Position numbers and translations under genes: made by a program. Of a stretch of DNA of 64,000 bases, positions 1 to 10,340 are shown piece by piece; within the stretch, counting starts at the first letter, position 1; every line of letters begins with the position of its first letter. The stretch covers positions 1 to 64,000 of the forward strand of contig DAIDJN010000011.1 in the NCBI GenBank assembly GCA_027451365.1, given 5' to 3'. The stretch is from Phycisphaerales bacterium. Lineage in GTDB: Bacteria > Planctomycetota > Phycisphaerae > WQYP01. The notes under the pieces were generated by a model. It saw nothing but the letters and a program-made list of their open reading frames with translations, was not told where the DNA came from and made no database searches.

Positions 1-74
1 ATGATTGCCCAGAGTTCATCGTTCACTCGCCAGATCGTGGGCAGCGGTTCCACCGCTTTTTTACGCTTGGCCAT
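1..74 (-). CDS. IS5-family transposase, N-terminal part (runs off window)
   Basis: ATG at 74 after AAGAAAGGAG gives MAKRKKAVEPLPTIWRVNDELWAII. The PTIWxVxDELW pattern resembles IS5-family transposase N-termini. Confidence 0.65.
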   Translation of the reverse strand, partial: MAKRKKAVEPLPTIWRVNDELWAI

Positions 75-140
75 CCATGGCTCCTTTCTTAATACCGGCC
101 ATGATTGTAACGGAAAACCCTCTTTTGAGATAGTTTCTTA
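1..140 (-). mobile_element. Left end of an IS5-family insertion sequence (truncated by window edge)
   Basis: Minus strand reads TAAGAAACTATCTCAAAA (123-140), resembling IS5-family termini. It is followed by an AAGGAG RBS and a transposase-like N-terminus. Confidence 0.6.
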
Positions 141-450
141 GGGATGGCTTTCCGAAAGATCGGCCGATCTGGAATTAACGTTGTTCTGGTTGGGCCAGGC
201 CATCCATGAAGTATTTCAGGTGGCCGCGCAACCTGCCGAACAGGTTTTCTGTCGGGAAGATTCGCTTGACCATTGCCGCCGGAGCTTTTACAGTGCACCC
301 GCACAGAAACGCCAGGCGGAGCTGGAAGGGTGTTTCCTGAAACAATGGGTCGAAATTGCAGGGTGCCGCCGCGGTCCGGTTAATGAGCACAAATTCCCGC
401 ATTTGAAGCCGAAACCTGATGATTTCAGTGGTTTTTCGCGAGTCAAACGC

Positions 451-1113
451 ATGAAAGCAGAGGAAGTACCCAATCCGGCAGTGTATCGGTTGAGCTTTTA
501 CCTCCGGCAATTGGAGGCATTTGATCACGCCGACCGCCACACTATCAGCAGCAAGCAATTAGGAGAAGCGCTGGGCTATACCGATGCGCAGGTGCGAAAG
601 GACCTAGCCTATTTCGGACAGTTCGGTCATCCGGGCATCGGCTATCGGGTGGACGAACTGATTTCGCGGCTGAAAAAGATTCTCGGCACAGATAAAGTCT
701 GGAATGTGCTTCTGGTGGGAGCCGGCAACCTGGGCCGGGCATTAATGACCTATCGCGGTTTTCTGCGGAAGGGCTTTAAACTGGCCGCTGTTTTTGATGC
801 CGACGCGACAAAAATCGGCCGGGAATTTGGTGATCTGAAAATCCGGCCGATGGAAGAACTTTCCCATGTCATCAGTCAAATGCATATCCGCATGGCGATG
901 CTCACAGTGCCGCAGGAGGCCGCGCAGGAAGTGGCGGACCGCCTGGTGGCGGCGGGCATTCGCGGGATATTGAATTTCGCAGCGGTGTCTTTAAATACGC
1001 CGGACGATATATTTGTCCAAAGCGTAGACCTTGCGCTACAACTTGAGCAACTTTCATTTCGCATGAGCATGGGCACCCCGGCGGAAAATCTTTCACCACT
1101 TTCGGACGGGTAA
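451..1113 (+). CDS. rex: Redox-sensing transcriptional repressor Rex
   Basis: RLSFYLRQL...ISSKQLGEALG..AQVRKDLAYFGQFG..GIGY winged helix plus VGAGNLGRAL NAD-binding fold. Start reassigned to ATG 451. Confidence 0.95.
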   Translation: MKAEEVPNPAVYRLSFYLRQLEAFDHADRHTISSKQLGEALGYTDAQVRKDLAYFGQFGHPGIGYRVDELISRLKKILGTDKVWNVLLVGAGNLGRALMTYRGFLRKGFKLAAVFDADATKIGREFGDLKIRPMEELSHVISQMHIRMAMLTVPQEAAQEVADRLVAAGIRGILNFAAVSLNTPDDIFVQSVDLALQLEQLSFRMSMGTPAENLSPLSDG

Positions 1114-1160
1114 AAAGGGGCGCATGGGTGAGACAATTAAGCGAATCACGTCCAATGCAA

Positions 1161-1511
1161 CTATATAATTGGGGAGTTGGCAGGGTCTATCTGTCGCAAA
1201 TACTGGAAACTATAAATGCCGGAGGAATGGGCATCTGACCAGACAATGCGAAGCGCGTAATTGCCGACAAGTTCCGCGTTAAGCGCGGTAATCGGACCAT
1301 CGTAGGTGGTGGAAATGACCGGCAAAAGCTGCCGCCCCAGCAAATCACGTTCGCCCTGGCACCCGGCACAGGGGCAAAGCCGCCGCAGGTGGCGAAGCGG
1401 ATAATTCGATTCGCGCCCGTCCGACCAAGTAATGGCAAGACTTTCCGATTTTTTTAATTTTATGGCGACCGGTTCCACAGGCACTGGTGATAAAGGGGAT
1501 GAGCCGGACAT
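1161..1511 (-). CDS. DUF971 / gamma-butyrobetaine hydroxylase-like N-terminal domain protein
   Basis: Motifs ITWSDG, LRRLCPCAGC and VGNYALRIVWSDAHSSGIYSFQYL. Confidence 0.85.
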   Translation of the reverse strand: MSGSSPLSPVPVEPVAIKLKKSESLAITWSDGRESNYPLRHLRRLCPCAGCQGERDLLGRQLLPVISTTYDGPITALNAELVGNYALRIVWSDAHSSGIYSFQYLRQIDPANSPII

Positions 1512-1706
1512 AAGCAGTAGAACCCTTTTTTAAGCCAGTGGCGGGCATTATACAGGAATGCCGGGCCGCTAGCGCGCCATCAAGGGTGGCCGAAGTATAA
1601 AAAGAAAAGTGCCATGAACCAGCAATGACGCCCGCGTTCCGATTGAACAAAACGCGCGACAAAAGCAGTTCATGGCACACCACAATTCCGGTAATGCTGA
1701 GCGGGG

Positions 1707-3647
1707 TTATTTCACCTCGTACTCGGCATCAATAACGTCATCGGATCCTTTTTTACCGGACGGTCCGGCACCGTTGCCAGCGGCACCAGGCTGGGCTTCA
1801 CCGGCGGCGCCGCCCGCGGCGGCATCGCCCGGGGTGGTACCAGACGCGGCAGTAGCCTTGTAAATGGCTTCGCCAAGCTTCATGCGGGCACGATTCAGGT
1901 TTTCCATCGCCTTTTCGATGGATGCCTTGTCTTCGCCTTTCATGGCTTCCTTGGCCTGATTGAGAGCCGATTCAATATCGGAGCGCTCCTGCTGACCGAC
2001 TTTGTCGCCATGTTCCTGGAGTTCGCGTTCCACCTGGAACACGACGGCCTCGGAGCGGTTGCGCAGATCGACCATTTCACGACGGGCTTTGTCTTCGGCG
2101 GAATGGGCTTCGGCCTCTTTCTTCATGCGTTCAATCTCATCTTTGGAGAGGCCGCTGTGGCCTTTGATTTCCACCTTGTTTTCCTTATTGGTGGCCTTGT
2201 CCTTGGCTTTTACATTCAGAATTCCATTCACATCTATATCAAAAGAAACTTCCACCTGCGGCACGCCGCGCGGCGCGGGGGGAATGCCGGCAAGTTGAAA
2301 TTTGCCCAGCGTGCGGTTGTCTTTGGCGAATTCCCGTTCACCCTGAAGAACATGAATTTCCACACTGGTCTGGTTATCCGCGGCGGTGCTGAAAACTTCA
2401 GACTTGCTGGTGGGAATGGTGGTGTTACGCGGAATAAGAACGGTCATCACACCGCCATAAGTTTCCACGCCAAGTGAAAGTGGTGTGACATCCAGCACAA
2501 GAATGTCTTTGACCTCGCCGGTGGTGATACCGCCCTGAACGGCGGCCCCCAGGGCGACGGCTTCATCGGGGTTGATGCTTTTATTGCCTTCCTTGCCGAA
2601 AATTTCCTTGACAAGCTGTTGCACGCGTGGAATACGGGTAGAGCCGCCCACAAGCAGAATTTCATTGATATCTTTGGCCGAAAGTTTGGCGTCTTCAAGC
2701 GCCTTGACCACGGGCTGCCGACAGCGTTCGGTGAGGGAATTGGTCAGGGATTCAAATTTGCTGCGTGTAACGGTCAACTGCAGGTGCTTGGGGCCACTGG
2801 CATCGGCCGTAATAAAGGGCAAATTAATGGACGTTTCCATGTTGCTGGAAAGTTCGATTTTGGCTTTTTCCGCGGCTTCCTTCAGACGCTGAAGAGCCAT
2901 GGGATCTTTTCGTAGATCAATGCCGTTCTGTTTGCGGAATTCCTCTGCGATGAAATCCACGAGAACCTGATCGTAATCGTCGCCGCCAAGGTGGGTATCA
3001 CCGTTGATGGAAAGCACTTCAAAAACGCCATCTCCGACATCCAGCACAGAGACGTCAAATGTTCCGCCACCGAGATCGAAGACAAAAATTTTTCCACCCT
3101 TCTGCTTGTCCATTCCATAGGCCAGGGCAGCCGCGGTGGGTTCAGGCAGAACGCGTTTGACATTCAAGCCGGCAATTTCGCCGGCCTCTTTGGTGGCCAG
3201 GCGCTGGGAGTCGTTAAAATAGGCCGGCACGGTGATAATGGCATCGGTAACGGTCTGGCCCAGGTAATCTTCAGCGGTTTTTTTGAGGTCCTGCAAGATC
3301 ATGGCGGAAACTTCCGGAGGCGTATAAGCCTTGCCACGAACTTCGACTTTCACAAGTTCCTCTGGGCCGCCGACAACTTTGTAGGGAACGAGCTTTTCTT
3401 CACCAGAGACTTCTGAATGGCGTCGCCCCATGAAACGTTTAATCGAAAAAACCGTGTTTTGCGGGTTGGTAACCTGCTGGTGTTTGGCGGGCAGACCGAC
3501 CAACCGCTCTCCTTTGTCGGTAAAACCGACAACCGATGGCGTCAGCCGCGCACCCTGGGCATTAATAAGCACCTTTGGCTGAGAACCTTCCATGACGGCC
3601 ACTACCGAGTTAGTGGTACCCAGATCAATTCCAATTACCTTACCCAT
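1707..3647 (-). CDS. dnaK: Chaperone DnaK (Hsp70)
   Basis: [30 protein letters not shown] and C-terminal DDVIDAEYE; 646 aa. Confidence 0.99.
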   Translation of the reverse strand: MGKVIGIDLGTTNSVVAVMEGSQPKVLINAQGARLTPSVVGFTDKGERLVGLPAKHQQVTNPQNTVFSIKRFMGRRHSEVSGEEKLVPYKVVGGPEELVKVEVRGKAYTPPEVSAMILQDLKKTAEDYLGQTVTDAIITVPAYFNDSQRLATKEAGEIAGLNVKRVLPEPTAAALAYGMDKQKGGKIFVFDLGGGTFDVSVLDVGDGVFEVLSINGDTHLGGDDYDQVLVDFIAEEFRKQNGIDLRKDPMALQRLKEAAEKAKIELSSNMETSINLPFITADASGPKHLQLTVTRSKFESLTNSLTERCRQPVVKALEDAKLSAKDINEILLVGGSTRIPRVQQLVKEIFGKEGNKSINPDEAVALGAAVQGGITTGEVKDILVLDVTPLSLGVETYGGVMTVLIPRNTTIPTSKSEVFSTAADNQTSVEIHVLQGEREFAKDNRTLGKFQLAGIPPAPRGVPQVEVSFDIDVNGILNVKAKDKATNKENKVEIKGHSGLSKDEIERMKKEAEAHSAEDKARREMVDLRNRSEAVVFQVERELQEHGDKVGQQERSDIESALNQAKEAMKGEDKASIEKAMENLNRARMKLGEAIYKATAASGTTPGDAAAGGAAGEAQPGAAGNGAGPSGKKGSDDVIDAEYEVK

Positions 3648-3743
3648 AAATTCGTTCCTTTATGCGATTCATGACCTCGTCCGTCAGACCGGGGAATAGC
3701 CCACCGGGCACCTGACCGCAACGCTTTGTTCAGCGCGGCAGAT

Positions 3744-3760
3744 AGCAATTGGTGTGCCAA
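3744..3760 (-). promoter_or_regulatory. Sigma54 (-24/-12) promoter upstream of dnaK
   Basis: Minus strand TTGGCACACCAATTGCT fits TGGCAC-N5-TTGC, ~97 bp upstream of the dnaK ATG. Confidence 0.7.
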
Positions 3761-3976
3761 GGAATTTGAAACCTGTTAAATACCACGTAACCCATTTACA
3801 AATAATCAGTTACGATAGACCAAAAGAACTGAAAGGAGTTGGCGAACCAAAATTGGCGACTGCGATTTGGCCGACACCTGCCACCTTGGCAGAGCACCTG
3901 ACATGACAAGGAGACGACGACGGGACGGCGGTTCTGTCCGGTCGGAGGTTCTCGGATGGACTGGAGGAACCTCGCC

Positions 3977-4013
3977 AAAAAAAAAGGCCGCACCGGACAA
4001 TGCCGGCACGGCC
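3977..4013 (-). terminator. Rho-independent terminator after rplL
   Basis: Minus strand GGCCGTGCCGG-CATTGT-CCGGTGCGGCC hairpin followed by a T9 tract. Confidence 0.8.
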
Positions 4014-4059
4014 CTGTGAATCCATAAAAGTGGCCAGAGCCACGCAACAGGAATCGAAC

Positions 4060-4458
4060 TTATTTGAGTTCGACTGTTGCGCCTTCGGCCTCGAGCTCTT
4101 TCTTGAGCTTTTCGGCTTCGGCCTTTTCGACACCGGCCTTGATAACCTTCGGAGCGGCCGTAACCATATCCTTGGCTTCCTTGAGGCCAAGGTTGGTGAC
4201 TGCGCGGACGATTTTGATGATCTGGATCGTCTTTTCGCCCGGAGCCTTCAGAACCACATCGAAGGTGGTCTGTTCGGCGGCAGCGGCGGCGGTCGGAGCC
4301 GCGCCAGTGGCTGGACCGGCCATCATGACTGCGCCACCGGCGGCGGCTTCAATGCCATGCTTTTCCTTGAGGTACTCACTGAGCTGGCGAGCCTGCAACA
4401 GCGAGAGGGCGACAATTTTGTCACCGAGTTCGATAATGTCAGCAGCAAATTCTGCCAT
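4060..4458 (-). CDS. rplL: 50S ribosomal protein L7/L12
   Basis: [35 protein letters not shown]. Start reassigned to ATG 4458. Confidence 0.97.
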   Translation of the reverse strand: MAEFAADIIELGDKIVALSLLQARQLSEYLKEKHGIEAAAGGAVMMAGPATGAAPTAAAAAEQTTFDVVLKAPGEKTIQIIKIVRAVTNLGLKEAKDMVTAAPKVIKAGVEKAEAEKLKKELEAEGATVELK

Positions 4459-4596
4459 GGTAAAAACCTTTCCGTATCTGGTCGCTGTTTCCAGCCAAGG
4501 CAACGCGCCCCGTTTTAACTGCTCTGGGCAGGCTGATAAACATGCGAAAGAGTAAATAGCATATTTTGACCGGAACCATCAAGGCCCGGCACAAGT

Positions 4597-5139
4597 TCAG
4601 GCGGCCGCGGGAGCCGCCTCGGCCTTTTCGGCCTTTTCGATAACCGCCTTGACCTGGCCAGCCAGTGTGCGGCCGGGACCAAGAATCTGTCCGGCAAGCT
4701 TCCGGCCCGGGCCGAGAATATGACCTACGATCATGGACTGAAGTTCCTTCTTATTGGGCATGGTGGCGAGGGCTTCAGTTGCCTTTTTATCCAGCAACTG
4801 GCCTTCAACGACCGAGCCTTTGATTTTGAGTTTGTCAATTTCCTTGGCTTGGGCGACGATTTCCTTCACAAGGTCCACAATGGATTCGCCGCCGTAAACC
4901 AGAGCATTGGTTCCCACCAGCAGCTTCTGGGCACCCTTGAGTCCAACCGAGTCCAAGGCTTTGGCGCCCATGGCGTTGGGAACAACGGTCATGCGGACGT
5001 TTTTCTTGCGAAAACCGGAGCGAAGCCTGTTGGTATCATTGGCGCTGATTCCAACGTAGTCGACAATGACGACGCTATCCGAACCAGTGAGCCGGGTTTG
5101 CAACTGGGTGGCAATCAGGCCTTTTATACGTTTGCTCAT
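4597..5139 (-). CDS. rplJ: 50S ribosomal protein L10
   Basis: VDYVGISAND..LRSGFR..LATMPNKKEL; lies between rplA and rplL. Confidence 0.95.
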   Translation of the reverse strand: MSKRIKGLIATQLQTRLTGSDSVVIVDYVGISANDTNRLRSGFRKKNVRMTVVPNAMGAKALDSVGLKGAQKLLVGTNALVYGGESIVDLVKEIVAQAKEIDKLKIKGSVVEGQLLDKKATEALATMPNKKELQSMIVGHILGPGRKLAGQILGPGRTLAGQVKAVIEKAEKAEAAPAAA

Positions 5140-5211
5140 GTTACACCTTTCAATATTCAGGCCGGGCGATTTTCAGCCGCCAGGCCACTGGTATTCAAAA
5201 CGAGTTCCGGT

Positions 5212-5928
5212 TCAGGCGGCTTCGGTGGCTTCCACATCAAGGTGGGCGGTATCAATTTCCAGACCGGGACTCATCGTGCTGTGCAGGGTGACTTTTTTGA
5301 TGTACTTGCCTTTGGCGGTGACTGGCTTAAGCCGCCGAATGGTGTTCAAGAAGGCATGCACATTGTCCGCCAGGTCTTTTTCAGAAAAGCTGATTTTGCC
5401 GACAGCCGCATGAATATTACCGCCCGCATCGTTCCGGAATTCCACCTTGCCGGCGGCATATTCCTTGACCGCATTGGCAACATCGGCGGTAACGGTTCCG
5501 GCTTTTGGGCTGGGCATTTTGCCCTGGGGGCCGAGGACTTTACCAAGTTTGGTAATTTTGGGCATCATATCGGGTGTGGCAACGGCAACATCAAAGTCCA
5601 GCCAGCCATCATTAACTTTCTTAATCAGGTCTTCAGCGCCGGCTTCCACGGCTCCGGCGGCCTGAGCGAGCTCGACATTGTTGCCCTGGACGAAAGCAAT
5701 AACCCGTTTTGATTTTCCGATGCCGCGCGGCAGGCTGACGGAACCCCGAATCATCTGATCAGCCTGCTTGGCATCAATGCCCAGGTGAATAACCAGATTG
5801 ACGGTTTCATCAAACTTGGCGGCCTTGAATGACTTAAGAATCGGCAGCGCTTTTTCCACCGTGACCGGACCAGCGGGCAGATTTTTCAGCGATTCCTGAT
5901 ACCGCTTACCGCGGATACGAATGGCCAT
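5212..5928 (-). CDS. rplA: 50S ribosomal protein L1
   Basis: [39 protein letters not shown]. Start reassigned to ATG 5928. Confidence 0.98.
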   Translation of the reverse strand: MAIRIRGKRYQESLKNLPAGPVTVEKALPILKSFKAAKFDETVNLVIHLGIDAKQADQMIRGSVSLPRGIGKSKRVIAFVQGNNVELAQAAGAVEAGAEDLIKKVNDGWLDFDVAVATPDMMPKITKLGKVLGPQGKMPSPKAGTVTADVANAVKEYAAGKVEFRNDAGGNIHAAVGKISFSEKDLADNVHAFLNTIRRLKPVTAKGKYIKKVTLHSTMSPGLEIDTAHLDVEATEAA

Positions 5929-6396
5929 GCAAAGACTCCATTTCAAATGCGGGCGGCCTTTTTGGCGGCCCGGATTCCATAAACCCCAACGGCACGACAC
6001 CTTCATGCCGGAAAGATTCATTGCCATTATTCAGCTATGGGTTGAACACAACAGGCGGGAACTGGAATTTTCAGCGGTGCAGGCCATTTCTACCGCTTTT
6101 CCGCAATTGAGCGGAACGGTGGACCACACATTCGCCAGCGGCCACAGGCCGCATTCCATTCGCCCGACATGCCGCAATTGTTGCAGCACATCCCAAGCTC
6201 CCACTTGTTATAGCCCGTGGTCCGGCTGGTACGAACGGATAAGATAGCAGAAATGACACAGGCTTGTCAAATTCACATGTAAAAAAAATAGCATCGGCGG
6301 CGCGGATCGGAAAAAGTTTCTTGTAATTAATTTAATGTTGTTGTATATGTTGGCGACGTGTGCAGCGTGTCGTACGAATATATGGCCGGAGACACA

Positions 6397-9084
6397 ATGA
6401 CCCCAGGAACAGCAGGCAACGGTAAGGAAAAAAGCCTCGCTCTGGCGATTGCCGCGACAGCATTGGCGGCAGCGGCCGGCGTACATGCGGCACCGCCTGT
6501 TGGCGGGTATCAACTGCTTTGGTCCAGCCAGTTTAACGGAACAACATTAAACCCCTTGAAATGGAATTTCGGCCAACCTTGGGGCAGCAACGTGCCGCCG
6601 CAGAGCGACAGCATTGGCGAACCCGGCAATGTAACGGTTTCCAATAATACGCTGAATCTCACGGCGCAGCGCCAGTCGGTCAACGGCTACAACTTTACAA
6701 CCGGGCTGGTCAACACCAGCGGCAAATTGAATTTCACCTATGGGTATGTCGAAGCGCAAATTCAAACGCCCTATACGCTGGGAACCTGGCCCGCGTTCTG
6801 GATGCTACAAAACGGCTGGCCACCGGAAATGGACATCATGGAGGTGCCGCAGCAATCCTATAACAATCAAACCGGATCATCCGGAACCGCATACGACTAT
6901 TACGCCACCTATCATTACGGTTCGGCTTCCAATCCGCAATCCGCAGGCACCGGAATGTACTACACAGGCGTAAATGAAGCCACCAGTCTCAACGATTATG
7001 GCATGATGTGGACGCCGAATTCGATCACGTTCTATTTTAACGGCAGCGCCATTTATACGGTGAATGGAAATACGGCCGACATTGCGCAAAGCCAGAATAT
7101 GTATCTGCTGCTGGACCTGGCGGTGGGTGGCTGGCCGGGCGAACCCCCGACCTGGGCTTCATTTCCGACGACCATGCAGATTAAGAATGTCAACGTCTGG
7201 CAGCTTGCGCCATCCAACATGACCATGACCTGGACGGGCGCAGGCGCGAGTGTCAACTGGAATAACGCCGGTTCCTGGCAAAACGGCCAGGTACCGACCC
7301 TTGGATCCCAGACCGCAATCTTCGGACAAACATCGACAGCATCCACCAATGTACAATGGTCCAACTTCCAGACCGTCGGAAATCTGATTTTTAACGGCGG
7401 TCATACAGATTACGCGATGGGCGAATTGAACGCGTCGGGATTAATGCTCGCCAATGACACCGGAACATGCACCATAACCGCCAACCCGTATTCTGGACGC
7501 AACAACACGGTGACGATTAATGCGGAACTGGATTTATACAACAACACCACCATCGCCAATAACCTGACCAATCCGATCCAGATTTCCGGAGGGGTATACG
7601 GCCTGGGCGCATTGAATGTGGTCAACGGGGCGGTAAACGTCGAGAATGCCATTTCAAACACCGGCGGCATTGCAATTGATAACGGTGGTGCTGTTAATAT
7701 TTACAGCGGATCGATCAATACCCCGTCGGCGGATGTCAATATCAGCACCATGTCCGGAAGCGCGGCGACACTGGCAGTCTATGGTTCCAGTTCAATAATT
7801 GACGCCAATGTCGTGCGTGTGGGCGGCTACAATGGCGGAACCGCTCTTTTTACCCAGCAGGCCGGCACCGTCGACACGCAGACATGGTTTGTTGTGGGGC
7901 AATCCGCAAATGCGGCGGGAATTGTGGACTTAAATGGCGGCACTCTGAACGTTCGCACCGCAGGGGGCACCGCGGGTGACCTTGAGCTGGGCGTTTTTAA
8001 CGCCTCTTCGGGCGAGTTGAACATATCCGGCACGAGTTCTGTGCGGTTATGGAATGGATCTGACCTTGTGCTTGGTTCCAGAGGCACCTCCGGCAATGGA
8101 ACCGTCAATCAGTATGGGGGTACCGTATCGTTCTTCTCCGACAACGGGCGGACCCCCGGCGGGGTCGGAGTTGTCGTTCTTGGAAGAAATGGTTCCACGG
8201 GAATTTACTCGTACAACCTCAATGGTGGTATTCTAAATGCCAACGCTTTGGTCAGTTCCAGCGGAACGTCGAATCTGAATTTCAACGGCGGGACGCTGTC
8301 GGCCCTGGCGGACAACAATGAATTTATCAGCGGCCTGACCAATGTTACGCTACAGTCGCAGGGTGGAACGATTGACACCGGTGGACACGCGATTGGCATA
8401 AGCCAGAAAATCAGCGGAACCGGGCTGTTGACGTTTACCGGCGGCGGAATCATTACATTAAATGCCGCCAGCACATACACTGGTGGCACCAGCGTGGACG
8501 GCGTTACGCTGGTTCTGAACAGCGTGAACGGATCGGCGGTCGGCACCGGCAGCTTGACGATTTCGGCGGGCGGAAGCCTGGCCGGCAACGGCATTCTGAC
8601 AGGCCCGGTTTCAACCGTAAGTTCCGGCACAGGTCTGGCACATAACGGCGAACTGGCGCCGGGGGCCGGAGGGCTGGTGATTCGCAACAACCTTACTCTG
8701 GCGGACAACTCCCTTCTGGCCTATGGGGCCGGCGGTGGTTCAGCCGTACTTATCAGTGTGGCGGGATCCGACGGCAACAACGGTAATGTGACACTCGGCC
8801 GGAACGTGGCCGTGTCCATGAGCGAACCGCTGGCCTCGGGCGTTTATCGTCTGATTTCGTATACCGGCAATCTTGAAAGCCCATCCGGCAATATTGACAC
8901 ATGGACACTTATTGATTATTCTATCGGCAATACGCCTTACGCGTTTTCCACAACACAGAATCCCGGATATGTGGACCTTCTGGTGGGAACCGCAACTGTT
9001 CCAGAGCCGGCCGCGCTGGCAATTCTTCTGATCCCGCTGGGGGCTTTTGCCCTGTGGCCCACCGGACGAAGACCGGCACGATAA
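6397..9084 (+). CDS. Secreted GH16 (laminarinase-like) glycoside hydrolase with beta-helix/autotransporter-associated repeats and PEP-CTERM anchor
   Basis: Signal peptide, WPAFWML and the catalytic EMDIME (ExDxxE) motif. Gly/Asn/Thr-rich repeats including TYTGGTSV, then C-terminal VPEP + TM + basic tail. Start ATG 6397 after GGAGA. Confidence 0.85.
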   Translation: MTPGTAGNGKEKSLALAIAATALAAAAGVHAAPPVGGYQLLWSSQFNGTTLNPLKWNFGQPWGSNVPPQSDSIGEPGNVTVSNNTLNLTAQRQSVNGYNFTTGLVNTSGKLNFTYGYVEAQIQTPYTLGTWPAFWMLQNGWPPEMDIMEVPQQSYNNQTGSSGTAYDYYATYHYGSASNPQSAGTGMYYTGVNEATSLNDYGMMWTPNSITFYFNGSAIYTVNGNTADIAQSQNMYLLLDLAVGGWPGEPPTWASFPTTMQIKNVNVWQLAPSNMTMTWTGAGASVNWNNAGSWQNGQVPTLGSQTAIFGQTSTASTNVQWSNFQTVGNLIFNGGHTDYAMGELNASGLMLANDTGTCTITANPYSGRNNTVTINAELDLYNNTTIANNLTNPIQISGGVYGLGALNVVNGAVNVENAISNTGGIAIDNGGAVNIYSGSINTPSADVNISTMSGSAATLAVYGSSSIIDANVVRVGGYNGGTALFTQQAGTVDTQTWFVVGQSANAAGIVDLNGGTLNVRTAGGTAGDLELGVFNASSGELNISGTSSVRLWNGSDLVLGSRGTSGNGTVNQYGGTVSFFSDNGRTPGGVGVVVLGRNGSTGIYSYNLNGGILNANALVSSSGTSNLNFNGGTLSALADNNEFISGLTNVTLQSQGGTIDTGGHAIGISQKISGTGLLTFTGGGIITLNAASTYTGGTSVDGVTLVLNSVNGSAVGTGSLTISAGGSLAGNGILTGPVSTVSSGTGLAHNGELAPGAGGLVIRNNLTLADNSLLAYGAGGGSAVLISVAGSDGNNGNVTLGRNVAVSMSEPLASGVYRLISYTGNLESPSGNIDTWTLIDYSIGNTPYAFSTTQNPGYVDLLVGTATVPEPAALAILLIPLGAFALWPTGRRPAR

Positions 9085-9148
9085 ACCTTGCGCCGCCAGA
9101 CCGGAAGAAACCGGCCGCGGAGGTTGTTTTCACAGGAATCAGCCGTCA

Positions 9149-10279
9149 TTACGTTCGCAGGGTATCCAGCATGACAATGGCCAGGGGGCCGAACAGAATG
9201 ACCGGTGCCGCGGCACCGGCGAACGGCGACAGGCCCGAACCGGCCAACTGATACATGACAAAAGTCGTGACAAAGCAGACTCCCGACGCCATGCTGCACA
9301 AAAACATATTCTTCACCAGTGCGCCGGGTTCCCGCGTAAGCAGAAACGGAATACCAATCAGCAGCATGACCATGTTCATGATCAACTGCGAAATACGTGT
9401 GTACATTATTTTTTCCAGGGCCACGCGTGTGGAGGGTGGCGAAAATATTATCATCCGGTTGATCTGCGCGGTGGAAAGATAATCGACGGCTTTTTTTTCG
9501 AACATCAGCTTAAGCTGTTCCGGATTCAGCGGCGTGTAGTAAATCATCTGTTTCACAAGCTGGGGATGGCGCCGCGGATCACCAGCCTTGCGGTCGTTGA
9601 TCTGCAATACATCACTCATCAGCCAGCCGCCGCGCATGGGGCCTTCACCCGCGTCCGCCTCCCAAACGGCTTTTTTAGCCAGAATCCGTGCGGTGGGCAC
9701 GCCCGCGGCGGTGCGTTCAATGATGCGGACATTTCGCAGCGTTTTTGTGGCCGGGTCGTAGCTGGTGGCCAGTACAAGGGAATGATCCGATTCCGGGATA
9801 AAATAGATCGGCTCGTTCTGAACAAATGCCGCGGTCACCTGGCCATGCTTGCGCAGAAGCTGGTTGATGTTACCGGGCATTAGCACTTCCTGATCCAGAA
9901 CGACCAGAAGCGTAAAGCCGATGGCGCAAAGAATAACCGGGGCGGCAATGCGATACAGCGATACTCCACTGGCCAGCAGAGCCGTAAGTTCCCGGTGACG
10001 GGTCATGCGGATCATGGTAAAGCCCGCGGCCAGCAGGGGAATAACGCCGGACATCATTTGGAAGATGACCAGCGTGCGATACATGTAAAAACTGATAATT
10101 TCCCCGAGGAGTCCCGCCGCGGCTGAAAACAGTCCGGTATGAATATAGGTCGCGCCGCGCGTGAACAGATCAAAATTGACGATAATGTCCAGCAGAATAT
10201 ACATACCAACCAGCACGCTTAGCGCCAGCAGATAATTAATCAAAAAGCTCCAGATGATGTAGCGGTCAATGCGTTTCAT
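9149..10279 (-). CDS. lptG: LPS export ABC permease, LptF/LptG family (LptG-like)
   Basis: MKRIDRYI start, RHRELTALLASGVSLYRI motif, 3 TM + periplasmic domain + 3 TM. Confidence 0.8.
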   Translation of the reverse strand: MKRIDRYIIWSFLINYLLALSVLVGMYILLDIIVNFDLFTRGATYIHTGLFSAAAGLLGEIISFYMYRTLVIFQMMSGVIPLLAAGFTMIRMTRHRELTALLASGVSLYRIAAPVILCAIGFTLLVVLDQEVLMPGNINQLLRKHGQVTAAFVQNEPIYFIPESDHSLVLATSYDPATKTLRNVRIIERTAAGVPTARILAKKAVWEADAGEGPMRGGWLMSDVLQINDRKAGDPRRHPQLVKQMIYYTPLNPEQLKLMFEKKAVDYLSTAQINRMIIFSPPSTRVALEKIMYTRISQLIMNMVMLLIGIPFLLTREPGALVKNMFLCSMASGVCFVTTFVMYQLAGSGLSPFAGAAAPVILFGPLAIVMLDTLRT

Positions 10280-10340
10280 TCGGAGTCGGACCTTTATAAA
10301 AGCCGCGGCTGGCCGCAATGCGGCGAGCAATTAAGGCAGC

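Noticed and set aside
181..450. 90-aa N-terminal extension of Rex in the ORF track
   Set aside because: Rex homology starts at ATG 451; the extension comes from an upstream TTG and is not protein-like.
141..450. Rex operator upstream of rex
   Set aside because: No convincing TTGTGAA-N4-TTCACAA match seen.
3650..3970. CIRCE element before dnaK
   Set aside because: No TTAGCACTC-N9-GAGTGCTAA match seen.
4720..5712. 330-aa plus-strand ORF
   Set aside because: Antisense shadow of rplJ/rplA with no recognisable motif.
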